Assembly: GCA_964658025.1 (NCBI GenBank)
Contig: CAZZXB010000087.1
Location: 1-13,035 of the forward strand
Direction: 5' to 3'
DNA from: an uncultured Janthinobacterium sp.
Lineage (GTDB): Bacteria; Vulcanimicrobiota; Vulcanimicrobiia; Vulcanimicrobiales; Vulcanimicrobiaceae
Length of the DNA stretch: 13,035 bases
Shown here: positions 8,318 to 13,035 of the stretch, piece by piece
How the letters are laid out: every line of letters begins with the position of its first letter
Position numbering within the stretch: the first letter of the stretch is position 1
Notes under the pieces: generated by a model
Told to the model about the DNA's origin: nothing
Seen by the model: the letters and a program-made list of their open reading frames with translations, nothing else
The model's database searches: none
Position numbers and translations under genes: made by a program

Positions 8318-9396
8318 TACTGCGGTGCCTCGCTGGACTCGCTCGTCGTACCCGGCTCGGGACGATCGTGCGTGCCGCCGCCGGGGGCGGGCTCGGGATG
8401 GTGGGCGGTCGGCGCGGTGGAACCGGCGCCGGGACGCTCGGCGTCGTCGGTGGTGTGCTGCGATGCGGCATCGACGACCGACGTCTCCGTCGTGACGCCC
8501 TTGCCGTGCTCGGCTCCGCGATCGTGAACCGCCGCGCCGCCGTGCTCGCCCGTGCTCGTGGGATGACCGGGCCGCGCGAGCGCGCCGTCGATCGTGGACT
8601 CGAGCGAGGTGTTGTCGTGTTCGATTTCGTTCGCCGTCGGGAGCGTGGGCTCGCCGTCGGGACGCGCGGCGCCGCCGCGACCGCGACCCCCGCGACGATC
8701 GTTACGACGATCGCGGAACGTCGCGCGCTCGCCGACCGGAGCCTGCGGACGGGCTTCGGGACGTGGCTGATCGGGGAGCACTTCGCCCTTGTAGATCCAG
8801 ACTTTGACGCCGATGCGGCCGTAGGTCGTGAACGCCTCGACGTGCGCGTAATCGATGTCGGCCCGCAGCGTGTGGAGCGGCACCTTCCCGTCGTGATTTT
8901 GTTCGGTCCGCGCGATCTCCGCGCCGCCGAGACGACCCGAGCACATGACCTTGACGCCCCGGGCGCCGGCCTTCATGGTGCGCATGATCGCCTGCTTCAT
9001 CGCGCGACGGAACGCGATGCGCTTCTCGAGCTGGTCGACGATATTCTGACCGACGAGACGCGCGTCGAGCTCGGGATGCTTGATCTCGACGACGTTGACT
9101 TGGACGTTCTTCGAGGTCACGCGTTCGAGATTCTTACGGATGTCCTCGATGCCGACGCCGCGCTTCCCGATGATGATACCGGGCTTCGCCGTGTGCACGA
9201 TGACGCGCGCTTGATTCGCGCGGCGCTCGATCTCGACTTTCGAGATCGCGGCGGCGCGGGTCAGGCGACCGAAATACTTGCGAACCGCTTGGTCTTCGTG
9301 GAGCCAGAGCTTGTAATTCTTTTTTTCGAACCAACGGCTCTCCCACGTGCGCGTGATGCCGAGACGCAGGCCGACTGGATGGATCTTCTGTCCCAT
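8317..9396 (-). CDS. rpsC: 30S ribosomal protein uS3 with about 150-aa C-terminal extension, 359 aa
   Basis: [16 protein letters not shown] domain [21 protein letters not shown] and [10 protein letters not shown]. The stop overlaps the rplP ATG (TAATG). Confidence 0.98.
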   Translation of the reverse strand: MGQKIHPVGLRLGITRTWESRWFEKKNYKLWLHEDQAVRKYFGRLTRAAAISKVEIERRANQARVIVHTAKPGIIIGKRGVGIEDIRKNLERVTSKNVQVNVVEIKHPELDARLVGQNIVDQLEKRIAFRRAMKQAIMRTMKAGARGVKVMCSGRLGGAEIARTEQNHDGKVPLHTLRADIDYAHVEAFTTYGRIGVKVWIYKGEVLPDQPRPEARPQAPVGERATFRDRRNDRRGGRGRGGAARPDGEPTLPTANEIEHDNTSLESTIDGALARPGHPTSTGEHGGAAVHDRGAEHGKGVTTETSVVDAASQHTTDDAERPGAGSTAPTAHHPEPAPGGGTHDRPEPGTTSESSEAPQ

Positions 9397-9398
9397 AC

Positions 9399-9920
9399 TT
9401 ACTCCGACGCTCCGGTATCCGGCGCGGCCTTGGGCTTGCGCGTGCGACGCGCGGGCGGCGGGGTTCCCGCGGCCGCGACGCTGCGGCGACGCGAATCGAG
9501 GGTCGAGAGCGCGATCGACGCGCCCGGCTTCTTCTTCGGCTGGTGCTTCGGCGGCGTGTGGCCGACCGCGATCGTCACGTGCGACATGCGCTTGCGCTTG
9601 AACGCCGCGCGACCTTGCGCGCGCGGATCGAGACGGCGCGTGTACGAACCGCCCGGACCGCCGTCGACCGTGATCTTCGTGACGAAGAGGCCGTCGGTCG
9701 CCATGTTGTGATTGTTCTCGGCGTTCGCGACGGCGCTGCGGAGCAGCTTCTCGATCGGTTCCGACGCGAAGACGCCCGAGAATTGCAACAGCACGAGCGC
9801 TTCGCGCACGGTCTTGCCGCGGATGGCGTCGGCGACCCGGCGCAACTTGCGCGGACCGACGCGGGCGAATTTGAGATGCGCGAGCGCTTGCGAGCGTTCG
9901 GCGGTCTGCGTTTCGGCCAT
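9399..9920 (-). CDS. rplV: 50S ribosomal protein uL22, 173 aa, with C-terminal extension
   Basis: [27 protein letters not shown] and SHVTI. True start is the ATG at 9920 (GAAGTAGCGATG, 2 nt after the rpsS stop), not the ORF-track 10211. Confidence 0.96.
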   Translation of the reverse strand: MAETQTAERSQALAHLKFARVGPRKLRRVADAIRGKTVREALVLLQFSGVFASEPIEKLLRSAVANAENNHNMATDGLFVTKITVDGGPGGSYTRRLDPRAQGRAAFKRKRMSHVTIAVGHTPPKHQPKKKPGASIALSTLDSRRRSVAAAGTPPPARRTRKPKAAPDTGASE

Positions 9921-9922
9921 CG

Positions 9923-10201
9923 CTACTTCACCGAGCTCTTTTCGATGTTGCCGTGGCCCTTGTAGAGCCGCGTCGGCGAGAACTCGCCGAGCTTGTGTCC
10001 GACCATGTTCTCCGAGACGAACACGGGGACGTGCGTCTTGCCGTTGTGCACGGAGATCGTGTGACCGACCATCTGCGGCACGATCGTGCTCGCGCGCGAC
10101 CACGTCTTGATCACGCGCTTCTCGCGCGTGCTGTTCATCTTCTCGACTTTCGCGAGCAGATGGTCCGCGACGAACGGACCTTTCTTCAAACTCCGACCCA
10201 T
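9923..10201 (-). CDS. rpsS: 30S ribosomal protein uS19
   Basis: [19 protein letters not shown] and [13 protein letters not shown]. Confidence 0.98.
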   Translation of the reverse strand: MGRSLKKGPFVADHLLAKVEKMNSTREKRVIKTWSRASTIVPQMVGHTISVHNGKTHVPVFVSENMVGHKLGEFSPTRLYKGHGNIEKSSVK

Positions 10202-11028
10202 TACTTAGCACTCCGCTTGCGGACGATCATCTTCGAGGTGCGCTTGTTGCGGCGCGTCTTCTTGCCCATCGTCATCTGACCCCAAGGCGTCGTCGGCGGG
10301 CGACCGGAGGTCGAACGCGCTTCGCCGCCGCCGTGCGGATGGTCGACCGGGTTCATCGCGATACCGCGCACCGACGGGCGCTTGCCCATGTGACGGATGC
10401 GCCCGGCTTTGCCGATCACGACGTTCTCGTGATCGAGATTACCGAGCTGACCGATCGTCGCGCGACACACGACGAGGATCTTGCGAACCTCGCCCGAGGG
10501 CATGCGGACCTGCGCGTACTCGCCTTCCTTCGCCATCAACTGCGCGGACGAGCCGGCGCTGCGGACGAGTTTGCCGCCCTCGCCGGGACGTAGTTCGACG
10601 TTGTGGATGACCGTGCCGAGCGGGATGTTCTTGATCGGCAGACAGTTGCCGAGCTTGATGTCGGCCGTCTCGCCCGACTCGATGATCTGACCGATCTCGA
10701 GCCCGACCGGCGCGAGGATGTAGCGCTTCTCGCCGTCGCGATAGTTCACGAGCGCGATGCGTGCCGAGCGGTTGGGATCGTACTCGATCGCCGCGATCTT
10801 GCCGGGGATCGCATCCTTCGTCCGCTTGAAGTCGATGATGCGATACTGACGCCGCGTCCCGCCGCCCTTGTGGCGCACGGTGATGTGGCCGTTGTTGTTC
10901 CGGCCCGAGTGCTTCTTCTTGACCTCGACGAGCCCGCGCTCGGGCTTCTTCTTCGTGAGATCTTTCGTATCGATCGTCGTGATGAAGCGCTGTCCGGCGG
11001 ACGTCGGGCGATATCGTTTTACAGCCAT
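10201..11028 (-). CDS. rplB: 50S ribosomal protein uL2
   Basis: [22 protein letters not shown] and [12 protein letters not shown]. Confidence 0.98.
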   Translation of the reverse strand: MAVKRYRPTSAGQRFITTIDTKDLTKKKPERGLVEVKKKHSGRNNNGHITVRHKGGGTRRQYRIIDFKRTKDAIPGKIAAIEYDPNRSARIALVNYRDGEKRYILAPVGLEIGQIIESGETADIKLGNCLPIKNIPLGTVIHNVELRPGEGGKLVRSAGSSAQLMAKEGEYAQVRMPSGEVRKILVVCRATIGQLGNLDHENVVIGKAGRIRHMGKRPSVRGIAMNPVDHPHGGGEARSTSGRPPTTPWGQMTMGKKTRRNKRTSKMIVRKRSAK

Positions 11029-11137
11029 GGTTATTTCGCCTTACGAGCGGTGAGTCGCGTGCGGATTTCGCTCGAGCGCGAATCGTAAGCACGTGAGCGA
11101 TGAGCGACGACGCGATCGCGTGAGAGATGCATGCGAA
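11029..11137 (-). other. 109-nt rplW-rplB spacer with inverted and short direct repeats
   Basis: CTTACGA (11040-11046) and TCGTAAG (11083-11089) inverted repeat, tandem TGAGCGA x2 (11094-11107), and palindrome ACGCGATCGCGT (11110-11121). Confidence 0.45.
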
Positions 11138-11446
11138 TCATTGCTCGAACGGATTCACGCCGCCCAGTTCGATCTTCTGGCCGGGTTTGAGGGTGACGAT
11201 GGCTTTTTTCCAGTCGGATTGCTTGCCGTGCGTGCGCGTGCCGCGGCGGGCGAAATTCTTCGTCTTGCCGAGCACGTTCGTCGTGTTGATCTTGAGCACG
11301 TCGACCTTGAAGATCTCGGCGACGGCGAGTTTGATCTGCGTCTTCGTCGCGCGCGAGTGGACTTCGAAGGTGTACTGATTGACGGAGGTTCCGGTCATCG
11401 ATTTCTCGGTGATCATCGGAGCGATGATGATGTCGCGCGCTTCCAT
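11138..11446 (-). CDS. rplW: 50S ribosomal protein uL23, 102 aa
   Basis: P.ITEKS, YTFEV...ATKTQIKLAV..IF.V.V and WKKAIVTL. It is the C-terminal part of the 520-aa ORF-track entry. The ATG at 11446 overlaps the rplD stop (TAATG). Confidence 0.97.
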   Translation of the reverse strand: MEARDIIIAPMITEKSMTGTSVNQYTFEVHSRATKTQIKLAVAEIFKVDVLKINTTNVLGKTKNFARRGTRTHGKQSDWKKAIVTLKPGQKIELGGVNPFEQ

Positions 11447-12120
11447 TAACCGCGGGCTCCTTTGGGTTTGCGCTCGGGGAACGCGGCGGAGAGTTCGTCG
11501 AGCGCGGCGTTCGTGAGGACGAGGCGCCCGTAGCCGAGCACGTCCTTCACGTCGAGCGCGCCCGTGTGCGTCACCGCGGCGCGCGGGAGATTGCGACCGA
11601 CGCGTTCGAGTCGCGCGCCGACGTCGGAAGCCTCGGAGCGGCCGAACACGACGAGCGTGCGGGGGCCCGTCTTCGCGGCCTTCGGCGATCCGAAGAGGAG
11701 CGCCGCGAGATCGCGCGTCTTCTCGAGATCGAAGCCCTCGGTCGCGAGAATCGTCACGCAGTCGCTCGCGAACCGATCGGCGAGCGCGGCGCGCATCGCG
11801 GCGTGGCGCTCTTTCTTGTTGAGGCTCGTCACGTAGCTGCGCGGCTTGGGACCGAACACGACGCCGCCGTGACGCCACTGCGGCGAACGGGTCGAGCCCT
11901 GACGGGCGCGGCCGGTGCCCTTCTGCTTCCACGGCTTGCGACCGCCGCCGCGAACTTCGTCGCGGCGCAGCGTCGAGGCCGTTCCGGCTCGCGGGTTCGC
12001 GAGCTCGCGGAAGACCGCGCGGAACATGACGTTCGCCTTCACCAAATCGTGATTCGCGAATCCGACGGGGATCGCGGCGTCGCGGACGGTCGCGCCCTTG
12101 GCGTCGATGACGTTCGGCAT
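11446..12120 (-). CDS. rplD: 50S ribosomal protein uL4
   Basis: EVRGGGRKPWKQKGTGRARQGSTRSPQWRHGGVVFGPKPR. Confidence 0.98.
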   Translation of the reverse strand: MPNVIDAKGATVRDAAIPVGFANHDLVKANVMFRAVFRELANPRAGTASTLRRDEVRGGGRKPWKQKGTGRARQGSTRSPQWRHGGVVFGPKPRSYVTSLNKKERHAAMRAALADRFASDCVTILATEGFDLEKTRDLAALLFGSPKAAKTGPRTLVVFGRSEASDVGARLERVGRNLPRAAVTHTGALDVKDVLGYGRLVLTNAALDELSAAFPERKPKGARG

Positions 12121-12123
12121 CGT

Positions 12124-12792
12124 CTACTTGCCCTTCTTCGCGGCGACCGGCGGGGCCGGGGGCTTCGGCGGACGGACGGCGCCCGAAACGAGCACGAGGC
12201 CGTTCTTGGCGCCGGGGACCGGACCGCGGACCAGGAGCACGTTGCGCTCGACGTCGGCCCGGACGATCTCCAGATTCTGATGCGTCGTGCGATCGACGCC
12301 GTAGTGGCCGGGGCGCCGCGATCCGCGGTGCGTGTGGCCGGAGTTCGTGTCGCCGTTGGAGGCCGGCTGACGGTGGATCATCGACCCGTGGGTTCGGTTG
12401 CCGCCCGAGAAGTTGTGGCGCTTCATGCCGCCGGCGAAGCCGTGACCCTTGGAGACGCCGACGACGTCGACGTGTTCGCCCGCCGTGAAGACGTCGACCG
12501 AGACGGTCGCCCCGACTTCCGGCGCCCCGTCGATGTGGCGACGGAACTCGCGGATGTGGCGCTTCGCGGTCTCGATCCCGGCCTGCTTGAAGCGACCGGC
12601 ATCGGGCTTGTTGATGCCGTTCTTTCGCGCATCGGCGAAGGCGAGCGAGACGGACGCGTATCCGTCCTTCTCCACCGTCTTGTGCTGCAGCACGACGCAC
12701 GGCCCCGCCTCGATGACGGTGACCGGGACGTACCGCCCATCGGCGGTAAAGACGCTCGTCATCCCGACCTTGCGGCCGATGATGTTCTTCAT
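12124..12792 (-). CDS. rplC: 50S ribosomal protein uL3, 222 aa
   Basis: GRKVGMT, PVTVIEAGP, SKGHGFAG..KRH.F and G.VPG. Start corrected to the ATG at 12792 (GTGGAGTTGAAATG). Confidence 0.97.
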   Translation of the reverse strand: MKNIIGRKVGMTSVFTADGRYVPVTVIEAGPCVVLQHKTVEKDGYASVSLAFADARKNGINKPDAGRFKQAGIETAKRHIREFRRHIDGAPEVGATVSVDVFTAGEHVDVVGVSKGHGFAGGMKRHNFSGGNRTHGSMIHRQPASNGDTNSGHTHRGSRRPGHYGVDRTTHQNLEIVRADVERNVLLVRGPVPGAKNGLVLVSGAVRPPKPPAPPVAAKKGK

Positions 12793-12823
12793 TTCAACTC
12801 CACGGGGCCTGGCGTACATCTTA

Positions 12824-12867
12824 GATCCTCCGCCGCGAGGCACGGAAATGCTCTCGCGGCGTGGACC
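12824..12867 (-). promoter_or_regulatory. 5'-leader stem-loop, candidate ribosomal-protein leader
   Basis: mRNA GGUCC-A-CGCCGCGAG-A-GCA-UUUCCG-UGC-CUCGCGGCG-GA-GGAUC: 5+9+3 bp with bulges, lying between the promoter and the rplC SD. Confidence 0.6.
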
Positions 12868-12878
12868 ACAACCCGGCT

Positions 12879-12907
12879 AGAATACCAATCCCCGCAAGCG
12901 ATGTCAA
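12879..12907 (-). promoter_or_regulatory. Housekeeping sigma70/SigA promoter of the operon
   Basis: TTGACA (12907-12902), 17-bp spacer ending in TGG (extended -10), then TATTCT (12884-12879). Predicted TSS near 12872 gives a leader of about 80 nt. Confidence 0.85.
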
Positions 12908-12911
12908 ACAC

Positions 12912-13035
12912 ATGCGACCCTCGGCCGCCGTAGTCGAACGCCGCGCTCGCTTCTCGTATCCGCGACGCGGTGGCCTGGTCGCACGCTCGTTCGACGAAGA
13001 CGCGGTCCGGCTCTCCGGAGGGGCTCTCCGGCTCG
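12912..13035 (+). CDS. Possible 5' end of a divergent gene of unknown function
   Basis: ATG at 12912 opens a frame to the window edge (MRPSAAVVERRARFSYPRRGGLVARSFDEDAVRLSGGALRL), with TAGAAT at 12878-12883 upstream. No SD and no recognisable motif. Confidence 0.25.
   Translation, partial: MRPSAAVVERRARFSYPRRGGLVARSFDEDAVRLSGGALRL

Noticed and set aside
6645..10211. Extended ORF-track versions of rplX (255 aa) and rplV (270 aa), and likewise rpsH (161 aa) and rplC (239 aa)
   Set aside because: The extensions overlap upstream genes or structured spacers. Downstream ATGs with SD or stop-start coupling give canonical N-termini.
11091..11121. Short TGAGCGA repeats as a CRISPR or mobile-element remnant
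   Set aside because: Only two 7-nt units, with no spacers, terminal inverted repeats or transposase nearby.
347..11448. Numerous TAATG, TGATG, ATGA and GTGA stop-start overlaps
   Set aside because: This is ordinary translational coupling, expected in ribosomal protein operons.
11138..12700. 520-aa minus-strand ORF spanning rplC and rplD and ending in uL23, suggesting a fusion or frameshift product
   Set aside because: The upstream 418 aa are Arg-rich off-frame translation of GC-rich genes. rplW has its own ATG coupled to the rplD stop.
72..12933. Long plus-strand ORFs such as 2440-3954, 8368-9711 and 11566-12933
   Set aside because: They are antisense shadows of conserved high-GC genes, with no recognisable domains or initiation signals.

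Overview
A GC-rich bacterial housekeeping locus: the S10-spc-alpha ribosomal protein supercluster, entirely on the minus strand. In transcription order it runs rplC-rplD-rplW-rplB-rpsS-rplV-rpsC-rplP-rpmC-rpsQ-rplN-rplX-rplE-rpsN(Zn-type)-rpsH-rplF-rplR-rpsE-rplO-secY-adk-map-rpmJ-rpsM, with rpsM truncated at the window edge. A near-consensus sigma70 promoter sits directly upstream of rplC. rpsJ, rpmD and infA are absent from their usual positions. Gene order and the Zn-type S14 suggest a Terrabacteria lineage, possibly Eremiobacterota/Vulcanimicrobiota-like, which is an unverified impression. I see no mobile element, CRISPR array, tRNA/rRNA or accessory system. The best candidates for undescribed biology are cis-acting RNA structures in the three sizeable non-coding stretches (rplC leader, rplW-rplB spacer, rpsN-rpsH spacer), each able to pair with the downstream ribosome-binding site. 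Also notable are long low-complexity extensions on uS3, uL22 and uL15, altered antibiotic-target loops in uL22 and uL3, and strong CGATCG over-representation. All structures and alignments were done by eye.
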